DNA of 64,000 bases from Kondoa subrosea (taxonomy: Eukaryota), in the NCBI GenBank assembly GCA_039545335.1, contig BCIN01000002.1, positions 695,118 to 759,117 of the forward strand, read 5' to 3'. The notes beneath the pieces are model-generated. The model was not told the DNA's origin, searched no databases, and was given only the letters and a program-made list of their open reading frames with translations. Positions 37,839 through 51,210 of the stretch are shown piece after piece. How positions within the stretch are numbered: position 1 is the stretch's first letter; the number at the start of each line of letters is the position of its first letter. A program made the translations under genes and the position numbers.

Positions 37839-39154
37839 TTATGAGATAAGTTGATCGACATACGCATGTCTTTGCTCGAATTGCGAGTCTTCGATCTTGC
37901 GTCCTAGCTCTTCCAGGATCTCACGACCACCCAAATCAATCAATTTGAAAGCAACATCTTTTCCTAAGCATTCCGCTTCCTCTGAGCTCTCCACATCCCT
38001 CTCTAACATGGTCGTTATACTCCTATCTCCACTCAGAGAAGCAATAACCGCATCCATCTTCAGATGAGCCTTCTTGCCTTGCTCTATGGTAGTCCAAGTT
38101 GACCAAACACCAACAGGAACCGAACAACCTCCTTCTAATACTCTCAACATTTCTCTTTCAGCTAAGACAGTCCAACTTGATTCCCAATCTATAAGTTTGG
38201 AAACCATTTCATGTACTCTGGTATCGTCTGAACGGGTTTCGATAGCTAAAGCTCCTTGACCAACGGCATAGTATAAAGTTGGTGCTGTAAGATGACAGGT
38301 TATTCGATCGGCCATGTTTAAGCGAAGTAGTCCAGCTGTTGCTAGTATGATTGCTGTGAAAGGTCCTTCTGGGTCGTCGAGTTTTCGTAGACGGGTGTTT
38401 CTATCAAAACAATCAATTCATGTCGAAGTATAGAGCTAGCTACACATACAAATTGCCTCGCTAACGAGACATGTCAGCAAGAGTATGTACAGTGATAAAG
38501 ACGATGACTCACAACATCAGCGAATAATAATCTCGGAAAGGCTCTTCTAAGCTGAGCTACTCTCCTCACACTTGAAGTACCGACCACACTGCCATCTGGT
38601 AAATCTTCCAAAGTCTTGTACTCCTTGCCAGCTTTCACAACCAAACAATCTCTAGGATCTTCTCTTTTCAATATCGCACCCAATTCACATCCTTCAGGTA
38701 AAGAAGTTGGTACATCTTTGCAAGAATGCACAATCAAATCAATCGCTCCTTCCATTAAAGCTACTTCTAATTCTTGAGTCCACAAAGCTTTCCCACCAAA
38801 TAAATACAAAGCAGACGTTTGATTCTTGTCGCCTGCTGTAGTCATTGGAGCTATTGAGAATTCTTCTGCGTGTTCAGGGAAAAGAGAAGACAGAGTAGCT
38901 TGAACTAGATATGCTTGAGCGAGTGCTAAAGCTGAAGCTCTGGTACCAATGACTAGAGATTTGGCTGATGCTCGATTAGCTCGAATGAGATCCACTTCAG
39001 GTCGGATGCCTAAAGAAGTAGCTGAGGAAAGCAAAGCAGGTCGATGCGATTCGGTCATGCGTTTGGATTCTATATCTGATATAGAATGGCCGTTGATATG
39101 TAGTTTGGAGGTAGAGGCCGTTACAGCTGCCATGGCCAGAGGTGAAGAAGTCAT
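37839..39154 (-). CDS. HEM3: Porphobilinogen deaminase (hydroxymethylbilane synthase)
   Basis: IGTRASALALAQ, GKALWTQELE, IVHSCKDVPT, REDPRD, GTSSVRR, AVGQGAL and LEGGCSVPVG. Confidence 0.95.
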
Positions 39155-39494
39155 TGCTCGGTGCGGTAATTAGCGAACTCCAGAAAAATTGCTTATGCGG
39201 TGAGAACAGGTGGAAGGCAGGCAGATTTGAGCAGTGAGATGTGATAGATACTTGTGAGAGGCCAGACTTGAGGTTTGCGAAGTCAGCAGCCAATGAAATT
39301 GAGCCCAATTGAGGTGAGATGACGGTTTCGAGAAAGCAGCTCGAAGCTCGAATGTCCATGAATGCTTTCATCTATTCTCATCTAAAGTATTGTTACACCT
39401 ATCATCTCCCTTGCTACTGCCCCTTTCGTCGCCAAATTCCCACCTTGAGCACTTCAAAAGCGATAACAGACGAAAGAGTAGCAGATCAGAAAGG

Positions 39495-40101
39495 TCATTT
39501 ATGCCCACCGCCTGTTCCTCCAGGGCCTTGCAATGCTTCGGCTGCTTTCTTAGCTATAGCGGCCTGTCAGATGAAGAACCATGGATTAGCACTTGGGTGC
39601 CAGACTGAATTGTAAACGGACAGCATTCTTCTCGCGCATCTTTTGTGCATCCGCCTCTTGACGTGCCTGTACAGTACTTGAGCGTCGTACATAGTTACAG
39701 CTGAATTAGGCTGACCTTGAGCGAAGCAGCCGATTCATTGTTCTTAGCCTGTGCATTTTGGGATGGTTTGATCAGCGCAAAGCCGAACATCCATCATTCG
39801 TACGCACTTTAGGTTGCTATATGTTGGTCCACAAGGTCAGAGAGCCATGCAGAGCTTTCGCACATCCACAAACATTTTTGAGATTCTGCATGCGGAACGC
39901 GCTTCATTAGCTAGCTCGCCAGCATATATAGCACCCAAACATACCTTTTCTCTAGCTTTCTCTGCACCATTAAGCAATGAATGAGCCTTTCCAGATTCTT
40001 GTTGTTTTAACAATTTGCGAACCTCTTTGATTACCACCTGTCAGCACACAGAATATGGATCAGACAATTCTGATACCATGCTCAAAGTGCTCACGAGTCA
40101 T
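39495..40101 (-). CDS. SERF/4F5 family small protein (68 aa, 8 coding exons)
   Basis: Spliced MTRGNQREKAREKNLKNQPKAKNNESAASLKARQEADAQKMREKNAAAIAKKAAEALQGPGGTGGGHK. MTRGNQRE..R..N and DA..MREK are 4F5 hallmarks. Confidence 0.88.
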
Positions 40102-40537
40102 TTTGTGAAGCGAGCGAGACCGAAGTCTATATGGTAAGCACGAAGTCGTCGAAACGAATCAAAAGAGATTGACAAAAATGGCGACAAGCGACTCCGAAAG
40201 TTGGCGAATGCGAAGTTTATGCTGAAGGGGCGGTTCAGTGATGTTCTGGCGCGTGCAGCAGCTTTCTATGCGAGTATGACTATGCGTTAAGAGAAACAGC
40301 TGCAGAGACATTAAATTGAATAGCTGTTCTGCTCGACGACAAGGGTCTGGTCAGAACACGGGTAGAGGAGTTGAGGAAGGAGTGATTCGATTCGATGCAG
40401 CGAAGAGCATAACCGAATCAGCTTTCCAAAAGTTCAGGGCTTCGTCGCCGCGCAAGATCAGTACTATCAGTGCCCGTGCTTGACTACTCTCACGAGCACT
40501 TCTGCCTCCTCTTCTTACATTTTCTTCGCTTACCACT

Positions 40538-40913
40538 ATGTCTATCACGTTGTTGCAAGCCATCCTTTGCCCCTGCAGGGATTTAGCCTTATCATCCGAA
40601 ATCAATTCTTGAACCGCTCAGCAGTCCCAATAGCTTACAGCCCTCGCTCGGCTAGAGACTCATTGTACAATCGAGTTCTACAGTCGGAAAGGAACAAAGC
40701 AAGACACACTTGCTAGATAGAGGACCCAAAATCTTCCCATCCATTTCGCATGGAATGAGTGCTATCCTCCTGACAAGTAAGCTGAAGTATTGGCATGATG
40801 ACTCTAGAACTGGAGAGACACGGTCAGATCTGAGGTGCAATGCGAAGTTCTACGGATTGGAATCATTGGAAAGGGAAGTGCATAAGATGTTGATCGAGAG
40901 GAGACTGGAATAG
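40538..40913 (+). CDS. Possible small BTB/POZ (T1/KCTD-like) protein or fragment
   Basis: HLLDRGPKIFPSI...YW...DLRCNAKFYGLESL resembles the C-terminal half of a BTB domain. The N-terminal exon is not resolved. Confidence 0.3.
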
Positions 40914-41010
40914 CAAGAAAAGCGGACTAGAGTAGTGAGACGGGACACATGTGCGTAGAAGAGAGGAATACATGGCATAATGTAGGTACAAAAACATAGA
41001 GGGTTGGTTA

Positions 41011-43959
41011 TTACCAATAACCTTGCTGAGCATTTGGATGTTGAGAGTAGGCTGGAGTGGTTGCGCCACTTCGGCTAGGAGTATTGCTACCGCTGTGGAC
41101 GTACGAGCCGTAACGTCCGCCATAATTCTGATGCTCAGTGAATTGATCGGAGTTGTAAGCGGGGTGAGCGGGAGATTGAGCATAATGAGAGTAGGGGTCA
41201 TATGCACCAGTGCCTTCTGTAGGATAGTGCTGATGATTGGGCGCGCCGGTCGGCGTAGTCGCTCCAGAGTGTACATTCGAGACATTGTGATGAGCTTGAC
41301 TAGTCAATACTGTCATGCGGGCTGACAACTTCGCTTGCAGCTCCCATAGTGCGGCCAGGTTTGGGTCCTGTTGAGGGCATTCACGCATACGGTCGTGTAA
41401 CCATTCCACATTTTTTCCCTACATTGCATCAGCTTAAAAGTTCAATAACGGCGCCATGAGAGCACTCACCAAATCCTGTTCATTCCAATTCATATATTCT
41501 GTAGTGATGTGCCACATACCATAAGTGACCTGTAAAACAGATCTTAAGGGTGAACTTTCAAAGGGAGTGCGCAACTGACCGTGTATCTCGCCCTCATGGC
41601 TTCTAGCCGCCTTTGCAACGGTTTATAATGCTTTCCTGGGTTAGCTTTGGTTTGATGGAAACTCTTGAGCGAATTCTCCAGGGCTCGAAGACGTTTATCA
41701 TAGTCGGCCTTGAGTTTCCGTCTGCTTTCGAGGTATTCAATTTCATTCAGGAACCGCAACGAGTTCTATGCAAGTATACTTTCAGTGAGATTGGGCATCT
41801 TTCAAGCGCTTCTTCACTCCGTACCTGGATTCTAACGGCAAGCTTTTTGAGATACTCTTCGAGCCGCTGATCAGTCTCAGTCTTTTTTCTGGCACCCATC
41901 CGGTTCAATGACCGTATGCAACCGTTTACTAGCGGTTTCTCTCGAATCTGAATGCGGCTTAGAGATGCGAGTTTGCCCAAACGGGAATCTTACCAAGTAC
42001 TCCTTGCTCGGTACAGTGTAGTCGACGTATTGAGTCGTCACAGCGCGACAAGTATGCCAGCCCTGCCGCGAAAGGTCAGCGCGATTCAACCCTGTCCAAA
42101 GTACTGACCTTCCAGCGTAATCCCACATTTCTGACGCGAGTCGACAGACCAAAAGACGTATCCACAGTCGCTGTCTCTTCCCAAGCAGCCAGATCCTTGA
42201 CATTAGCTCGCAGGCCATCCTGTCTTCATTTTTAGAAAGTACTGAAGAAGCTCTGGTATAGATCCTACTAGCCGAAATAAGTCTAAGTTCTCCATGTCTT
42301 GCTTTTCGATGAAAAGAAGCTGCCTTTCCCTGGCTCTGCGTCTGTCCTCAGCCTTTTGCATCCGCTCTTTGCCTCTGTCTATAGCCTCTTGCTTTCTCTC
42401 GTCGCGTCGTTTGCTTGATGCCGCTTGCTCACGTTCACGATCGGCTCTCTCCTTCGCTGCGTTTTGCATAATTTTCTGCATTTCAGTGAGCTGCCAAACT
42501 AACGAAGGCATCGCAGGATTGTGTTGCGGTTGCGTCTCCGGGACTCTATATTCGCCCTCCACCTGGGTAGCATGATTCGGCTTTACAGCATCCAGAGCGC
42601 GCTCGACATCGACAAGAGCTTCTGGCTATTTTACTTGAGAAAGACAATCAGAAATCCGAGCAGAAAGCAAACCTGGAATTCCTCAGCCTCGTAGTATTTG
42701 TCCTCCATTTTGCGAAAGATGCAGCATACCTGATAGCTCGACTCGGTGAGCAATCACATAGCTAAAAGCAAAGCTTGAGGTTTTCTTAGACTCACCTCCC
42801 AGAACGTCATCAAGGATTTGGTGCGCTTTACCCAGGGTGCGTCCACCTTTACTCCTTGACCTGAATCTGTCTTGTACTCGAAACAAGGATGCGCCTTCTC
42901 TGCCCATGTGCAAAGAGCACCTATTTCCTTCCCAAGATAGTTCTAGCGATATAGCGTAAGTCTTCGGCTGTAATTAAGATTTGAGCATACCAAATCGGAT
43001 AATTTCATGCTTTCCAAGTGCCTCATTTTGAGACGGACAAGCTCGCGACCTTTCTTCTCGTTTTCGGTTCCATGCGGGACTTGCGGGACAGGTGGTTCGA
43101 GGTGTTCAGACACTGAAATGGGGCCTATGTTGGTGAATTCCTCATGGTTGGTACTTTTGTACCCCTATTCAGTATATCAGCCAAATCAGCCTGTGCAGGC
43201 CTCGCCCGACTCACATCAAGTATACCTTTCAGAAGGGCTAGCCGAATGAAATATATTTTATCTGTGAGTCCAGCACTGGTGCTTGCTATTGCTCCACAAT
43301 CTGAGTACTGTTCGTCCACAAGAATACTTTCCGCCATCTGGACAGGTTTGAAGACTGAATACGGATTGAAGCAAATAAAACGATACTGACTATATCTCTG
43401 ACAGCCAGTGTGTCGAGTACAGCCTTTGACCTCCCGACTTCGATCCAGCTCTTGAGTATATTCATATTGGCGATCGACGTGACACAAGTTCCGCCATGCG
43501 GCCATACTGGAGGCTCCAGACCAGAATATCAAGATCATTCATTATACGACAAGTCAGTACTAACCAGACCCTTCAAGTTGACAAGCTTCGTGTGAATATC
43601 AGAGACAACCTCTTCTACTGATGCTATTGTTAGGGGCCAAAGCGGCTTATGAGGGAAGTGCTCCACTATGGCCGGTATATGATCTGCCTGTCGATCTGAT
43701 CAGACAAGTCAGCGGGGACAGGTCTTCTGCCTCACGAAAAGTTTCTGATACCCTTGGAGCGTTCTGAATATCTAGAGGAGTATTAGTGAAATCATCGACT
43801 GAAATGTAAGAAGGAGCTAACTGGCTCTACTGTTTCAGCATCCATGAGTCTTCCCCTGCCGTCTCGATGGGACTTCGCAGCAGCAGTTAAGATTAGAACG
43901 CATTCTGCTTTATAATCCGCGACTAGCCAATCCAGCTTTTTCTTTAGCTCTTCTGCCAT
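41011..43959 (-). CDS. Large hypothetical multi-exon protein with charged coiled segment and His/Tyr/Pro-rich C-terminus
   Basis: Series of minus-strand ORFs with splice signals (43125-43538, 42203-42562, 41544-41759, 41011-41409). No family recognised. May be more than one gene. Confidence 0.45.
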
Positions 43960-44308
43960 TCTTACGGGTAAGATGAAGAGAAAAGATATAGAACTTTATG
44001 GTTCAAGAGCACAGGCTCAGGATATCTGCCTTTTTGAGGACGAAGGGGCGATGAAATCTGAACAAGACATCGAAGCAGCGTCAGATAAAGACTGTAGACA
44101 GCTTCTATGACGGCATGAAGCCTGTTGAAGCAGCGCAGCCTGAAAGCGACTTTCGGGGATCCGAAAGAGGAGAATCCATCCTCTTGCATATACAAAGGAG
44201 CAAGGCGATGACCCTATTATCGATTATGGAAAGGATCAGAAGAAATGCAAGCCATCAGGGATGCTAGATACTGCTAAAATCCAGCGTCAGTGGTATAAGC
44301 AGAACTTT

Positions 44309-45430
44309 ATGTCGAAAGTCTTTCAATCCTTCGCAGGTACAGCCCCGCAACCTGGTGTACTGCGCTGGACGACCAAGTAGCAACGAAAAGAAAGCTGATT
44401 TGAAGGGGAAATAGACGAAAAAGGAGGGTGAAGGTAGCATATAGCAACAGCACGATAGCGGTTCCTATTCTATCTCCAGAGACTGTCCATGAAAGGCCTT
44501 AATTCCAGCTGATCGCGTATCGTTGACCCGCAATTGGCTGCTAGGAGCGAGAACGCGAACTATCTAGACAGAAATTCCTTTGGAGAAGGAAGCCGAGGCT
44601 GGATGAACTAGCTGATTGCTCCAGGTCATATTTCCGCAGACTAGGTATAGGGTATATCCTTTGTGATATCGTGGGATCAGGAAGAGCGTATCTCAAGCTA
44701 CATGACCATTCCAATCTGAATCATGGAGTATCGATCTAAGCCCAGCTACGTTGCCTCACCTCGCTGTCTCTACGCGTTGAAAGCGAAGCTTTCCAAGACC
44801 ATCAATTGCAACCCGGATGAGAGCACTTGACTTTCTGCTCCTCTTCAGTCAGACCATCGTTGAGCAGACTCTGGATAGACAATCAGCTCTTTTCTTGCAG
44901 CGGTATAGCGTATATATTCACTGTCATGACATCCAACCAACAATCGGGCAAAGTTTTGCAATACAACTGTTTCCACTCAACGAATTTGTCAGTCTCTTCA
45001 TAAATAGCGCCGATAAGGTTGAGGACGCTGTCATTCGTCATAATCGTGTCACATGTTCTGATCCGGATTCTTCCTGCGGTAGGTCTAGGTGGATTTTCAG
45101 CAGGAAATTGGATGCGCAACTCGTCGTCCATATCAACCACAAGAAGTCGCATGAGCTTGCGAGTCGATTCTTGACTATTGTACTCCAGAACGCTTGTGAT
45201 GCATGTACGTCGCAATCCAGCTCGACCAAGCCATGCTCCAGCTACGAACTCGATGTCAGTACATCGCGCTTACCGATGGCTGTTTCATCAAGCTCACAGG
45301 CGAAGGAGATGATAAGATTACGAATATCATATTGCTAGCAACAAAAAATAACTATCAGCACGTCCATCTGAACAAGTCAATAGTTGACGTACTTTCTTGT
45401 GATTTTGCCAGAGCTGGTAATCTATCCTGA
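44309..45430 (+). CDS. Possible hypothetical multi-exon protein (strand uncertain)
   Basis: Plus-strand ORFs 44817-45338 and 45203-45430 with candidate splice sites. A competing minus-strand ORF lies at 44883-45215. Confidence 0.25.
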
Positions 45431-46047
45431 CAATCTCTTCAGATGACAAGGTACCTTTCTTCTTCTTCTTGAGCAGAGTTTTCTCGCAGCTGTCTTTGTG
45501 TCTGTAAGATGATTGAGTAAGTATTGAAATCTTCTCATCAGCGCAAAACCAACGACTTCTTCCAGTGCATAGCTTGACACTGGGTGCTCTATATCGGAGC
45601 ATCAGCGCCAATGCTCATAGACAGGATAAGATTTTAACCGCACGCAATAGCGAGTCCGACCATGACATCCGCCGCAAGCTAATAGGCGAGACACTGAAGT
45701 CATGTTAGCTCATACCGCCAAGAAACTGCAGGCTGCTCACTCTGACCATCTGCTTTCCGCTGCGGCATACTGTGACAATAGCTGCAATCCCTGTTATGCA
45801 TGTCTGCCAATAGCTTTACTACCGCTTTTCGAAAGGAGACAGCATCCGTGAGCGGTTGCATACTGTAACGTCGTTGTGAAAGGAAAGAGAATTGAGAAGA
45901 GAGATACGTATGAAACAGAAAAAAGCTAAATTCAGCAACAAATGAACAAACAGAAGAAGGTGCGAGAATTCGTTATACTGCGGTGAGAGATATGAGCCAT
46001 ACGAAGAGGAAGAAAGCAAATGTACAGATTAGTTGCAATAAAGTAGT

Positions 46048-48050
46048 CTATGCTGTCCAAGAATGCGAAACCAGCCTGTGCAAAGCAAGAAGAAAATATC
46101 AGCTACATGATGATATTTCCCTGTTGTTACGCACCTCTGCACCGCTATCAATGCTCTGAACTTCACATCCGCATCCTCGTACGTCATAAGCTGCATTACA
46201 AGTGTCTTGCCTCCCAAATCAGTCACGACCCTGTGCACAAAAGCCTTCCTCAGCTTTGCCAACAAGCTGATAGAATAGATGACGCACTTTCTACCATTCT
46301 CGACGTGTTTCATATACTGAGCAAGATCATTACAAGCAATAGCCAAAACCGTTGAATCTTTATTCCTTTTCAAAATGTCCAGCAGAGCTCTGTACGCGAT
46401 CGATGCGAATTTATCAGCAAAAGACTGATTATATGCGAACGACAATCGCACTTGATAATCTTCTTATCCTTGTTCTCTAGCTTCTTGGCATTTTCTCGCC
46501 AAAATTCATCATCCTCATGAGTAGGAGTAGACCAAGTAAGTAAACCACTTTCCACTTCTTGTTCATACTCATCGAAAGTTCTGTCCGTGTTAGTTATTCT
46601 CTTAAGCCAAAAATTGGGCTAAAGAAAGGCACGACGAACGTTAAGCCTTTCTTGACATTGTCCAATTCTTCTTTGAGGAAAGCTACATCTTCTTTCACTT
46701 CCTCATCAGACCATTTCTTACTTGCAGACAATTGTTTGAGCAGAGGTAAAAGTTTCGCAGAAAGTAAAGCAGGTAAATTCTCTTTCGGCGCTAAAGTGAC
46801 TAAATTCTGTAAGTTATCCAACCTGCAAATCAGTATTATACTGAATTAGAGGTAGCGATAGACGAACCCTGAAGGTAGCTAAGACAATGCGAACGACTTT
46901 CTCCTTTACTGCATTTCGAGCCAATTCGACCATCAAGGGAATAAACTGAGGATAAGATCTGTAAGATCAATCATCTCAACATCAACTTCATACGTTGATG
47001 GTAGTACGATAGACAACTCACTTTGCCAAACCCTGAGAAATTTCTTTCTCATAAGTAGCGATCCAATAACACAACCCTAAGTTATACTGCAATTGAGGTG
47101 GAGGTGCGTTCAATCCAGATCCAGCTGAGTTGAAAGTGTTTGGTGTAGCTGTTCCACTTCTAGATTCTCCTGATCCATTCGTTGATGCGCTTAGACCTTG
47201 ATTTGGTTGAGCCATCAAACCCGTTACTACAGCTTTCAAGATCGTAGCTAGTCTGTTCGACCACATCAATTGCCTCAGCTGATATACAGCTAAAAGCGCA
47301 AGGAAGACGAACGATTCAAAGACTTTTGGATCAGAAGTATTCGACTCCTTTTCTCTCCTCCATAATTCTTTCCTCCCCTCTGATTTCTTAGCAACAGTAG
47401 CAAAGCATTGAACAACAATTCCATGAACTTCTAAATCCCAATCATCTTCCGGAGCGTTCAATTTCAACAACTTGTTTAAACCATTGTACAAAGAAGAAAG
47501 AACTTGTTGAGGTGCTTCTGAATCTTGTGATAGGAAAATAGATAAGAGGGAAGCTGATTTTAAACGAATGAATTCGTCTGAGGAAGTTAAGAGTTGAATA
47601 AGGGCTTCATAAGGTTGCGCTTGAATGAAGAGCTTTATCCTTTCGTCGTGATCTGTTCGCCATATCGGCTCTTGTTAAACCACATAACGCGGCACAGTGA
47701 GATAATAGCGACGAACCAGCTAGCATGTCTCCAATGAGGACCAGGACATAGGCGATAGTATCATTTCTGTTCAACTTGAGTAACTTGACGTAGAGGGAAG
47801 CATAAGTGCTGCCTTCTTTCTCTCCATCCAGTTCTACTGCATTCTTGCCTGAAGCAGTAGTCACTCGCTGTACCAAGCTCACATCCGAAGCTGAGATCAG
47901 ACCCGCTCGAGAGTAGCCTATATCCCACAAAACATGAGATTCGACTATGCTGCTCACAGGCGAAATAGTATTACCTTCCCAGGAGATTGGCTTCTGTCTT
48001 GCTTTCTCAGCTAGCAAGTCTAGTTTCCTCGAGACGATAGTAGAGGTCAT
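46048..48050 (-). CDS. VMA13: V-type ATPase V1 subunit H
   Basis: KPISWEG|YSRAGLIS, QLQY, AVKEKVVRIVLATF, KWSDEEVKEDV, LTWSTPTHEDDEFWRENAKKL, LAIACNDL and DVKFRALIAVQR. Confidence 0.93.
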
Positions 48051-48286
48051 GGTTGAACAGGAGAGCGAGACAAATGAGTCGGAGTTTCGAATGGTGTCAC
48101 GACAGAAAGCGAAAGACGAGGTACACACACGCAAGGTCGAGCGAAGGAGGGAAATGAAAGTCTGAGATTTGCGCAAATTACAAATAAGAAGAGCCTGAAA
48201 ATCCCACAACTCTCGCTCGTCCATCATACGGTATCAAATCGTTTGCATCATTCTAATACTAGAAACTCTTGTCTCTCTCGTAACGC

Positions 48287-49522
48287 TTAGCAGCATCCAC
48301 CGGTAGAAGCTGAACGTGTATAAGCAATGACCACTTGAACCGAACAGGCAAAGGCTTACAGGTAGCCACGTTCTGACCAACGCTGACAGTCGACTTGTTT
48401 CCACCAGCAACAGTAGATGTTCCCATCCGGTCCCTACGAAACGTCGGACATGCTTAACAGTACGAATCTTATGTCACTTACTTGACTGTGAAAAGGTGCA
48501 AGCGATGATCAGTAAAAATACTGAAAGCCATCCATTGTGCCCACTCACTCTGCTTAGCCATGGTCAAGAAAGCTTGTTCAACATTTGTAGCGTTCTTTGC
48601 AGAAGTTTCCAAGAAAGGAATTGACAATTGATCAGCGAATTCTTTAGCGACCTGTCCGTTACCGAAGTCTGTCTATCAGCTTTATACTGATCAGAGAGTC
48701 AAGTGAAAACGAACGGTGTATTCAACGACTTTCTTCTGGGTTAAATCGGATTTGTTGCCAACTAATAATTTGTTGACTCCTTCAGTAGCGTAGCGATCAA
48801 TTTCTTGTAACCATTGCTTAACGTTGGAGAAAGTGTCTTGGTCTGTTACATCATAGACAACAATGATACCGTGTGCTCCTCGGTCTGCGAGCCACCCGCT
48901 GCCTTCAACATATGGAACATGTTAAAAGCGAGAGATGACTTGCAGTATGATGAAGTAATAGTCCTGAATCGTTCTTGTCCTGCTGTATCCCACTGTCAAC
49001 ACCAGGCATTCCAATCAGAACCATACTGATGTCTAGCGAATGACGGAAGACTGACAATCTGAAGTTTGACTGTTTTCCCTTCTAATTCAATAGTACGAAT
49101 CTTGAAATCCACACCGATAGTAGAGATGTATGATTCAGTGTAAGTGTCATCTGCGAATCTATTCGCACAAGATTCTCTCCTCATCAATATAAACTTGATA
49201 GCGGGAGAGTTATGACGAACCGTAGAAGCAAGCAACTCTTGCCAACACCTGAATCACCAATCAGGAGTAGTTTGAAGAGAAAATCTGTTTGCAAGAGAGC
49301 GGGATCCGAGCAGAAATATTGAAGTTTAATGAGGTCGGGCAGTGAGGAAAGGAATGAAGTGGATTAAAGAGTAAAGGTGAAATGGGAAGATAAGCTTGTT
49401 GGCCTATTCGCGTGCGTAAGGGGACAGTGACTGACCGTAATCTAATCGGACAAGGCAAAAGGAGGTTGAGCAATTCTACTTGAAATGTGTGATAATAGCT
49501 CAAACAAACCTGAGGAAGCCAT
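48287..49522 (-). CDS. YPT1: Rab1 GTPase Ypt1
   Basis: [71 protein letters not shown] and C-terminal GGCC. Confidence 0.97.
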
Positions 49523-50353
49523 CTTGTTAGGTTATGATAGAGCTGTGACTGAGAGTATAAGCCTCTGGACAGGGTATTGACGCGCAATTGCTTCGAACGC
49601 ACGAAAAGATGGTCAATGCAGCTCAAGCTCACGAGTTTATTTTGAACTCAAAGGACGACTCTTTCTCTATGTAGTAGGTGCTATGCGACATAGCCCTGCA
49701 AATAAATGCATACTTTGTCTTATCAATAAGAAATATCGCCACCTGTCCTTAGGCAGTAGTAACTTCTTCAGACTGTTCTTCTGCCATGCTCTGAACATAT
49801 GTGCGACCGTTGATAAGCAGATGACTGGAGAGAACCCTTTCTCGAGAGACCATGACTTCTTCCGTAAAACACAGCCGTTTACCGACTCAAGTGATGACCG
49901 CTTGTAGCCCAAATTTGTAAAAGCGAGGTGAGCTGCAAAGGAATGCAGATGAGTACTGAGGTCGTCCTCAATCAGAAACTCAGCCGAACATTGCGAATGG
50001 ATGCTAAGTTATGCACGTCATCCATGTAGAGCAGACGAAAACACCAAGCAGAGGAGTCCTCGTCCTAGAGCTGCAGCATCAGTAATGTCGGAGATGCATC
50101 CTCGAAGCAGCTGCTCACCAATTCAATACGAAGCAACTTCTTTTCGTGAAGACAGTCGTTAATCCAGCCAGGGAATCGATGTCTTGAAAGACTTGAATGT
50201 GAAAGACGTGCCCCTTGTACGAAATTACTTGCATATCGTATGAGCGAACAAAGGTAGGCATGTGTAGCCTGTACAGAGACATCAGCGTGCTAATTTACGA
50301 GTCAATGGCTAAATCGTACCGGTTCAAACTCTCAAGTACTAGAGCGACTTCCC

Positions 50354-50854
50354 TTAGATCCTCACGTACTCCGTAGTATGCGTGTAGTCCTTCTTGGGTC
50401 CTTGCACTCGATACTCGATCTTGAAGGCATCTTGACCAAAACGATATTTCGCTTCGTAGACATCCTATTTGACTTCGAATCAGCTCCGTTCAGCTCTGCA
50501 TGAATAGGAACTCACCTTGACACATAAATGAGAATCTGTTGATCCTTCCTTGTACGTCTTGTCGTTCAGGTCAAGTGATAGGAAGATATAATCCTTTTCC
50601 TCCGTTCCTCGTTTGATGAACCATATTTCCAACTTCTGATTCTCGGAGAAGCAATAGATGTAAGATTGAGTGAAAGAACAATTGCAGAAAGTACCCTTTT
50701 CGGAGTACACTAGTTCAGAGGAAGAAATTGGAACAAAGGAAGCGAAACCATCTTTTACTTCACCGGATGGTAATGAAGAGGTTTGCGAGATTATAAAGCG
50801 TGTGAAAGAGTAAGAAGAGTCTTTCAGAGTGGAATAGAGATCCATCGCATTCAT
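50354..50854 (-). CDS. Small DUF6314-like protein
   Basis: Two exons. LVYSEKGTF, SYIY, HLCVK|DVY and YRVQGPKKDY match the family pattern as recalled. Confidence 0.7.
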
Positions 50855-51210
50855 TAGATGACGTGAAACTTTTCGCCCCTATTCAGTTTTTCGGCTTACT
50901 TGCAATGGGCATGACTCACTTGTGTGTAGGTGATCATGAGTGGGCTGCAAAGCTTGCTATTTGCGAGGACGGTTGTCTGTTTTTGTCTCTCAGCCGAAAG
51001 TTGCCCAATGCGCGTTGGAAGGGTCCTTCTTTCCTCTTGTACCATCACCACATCTCGTTCTTCTCTTTCTTCTCGACAACGAACAACTCACACACACAGC
51101 TTGACGCTGCATCACCTTCGTTTTTCCCATTCCGCTTTACCACAAACGCGCTTTCTCTGCCAACTGCTTTTAACCGGTTTAAAAGACATATAACACAAAC
51201 TCTTACAAGA

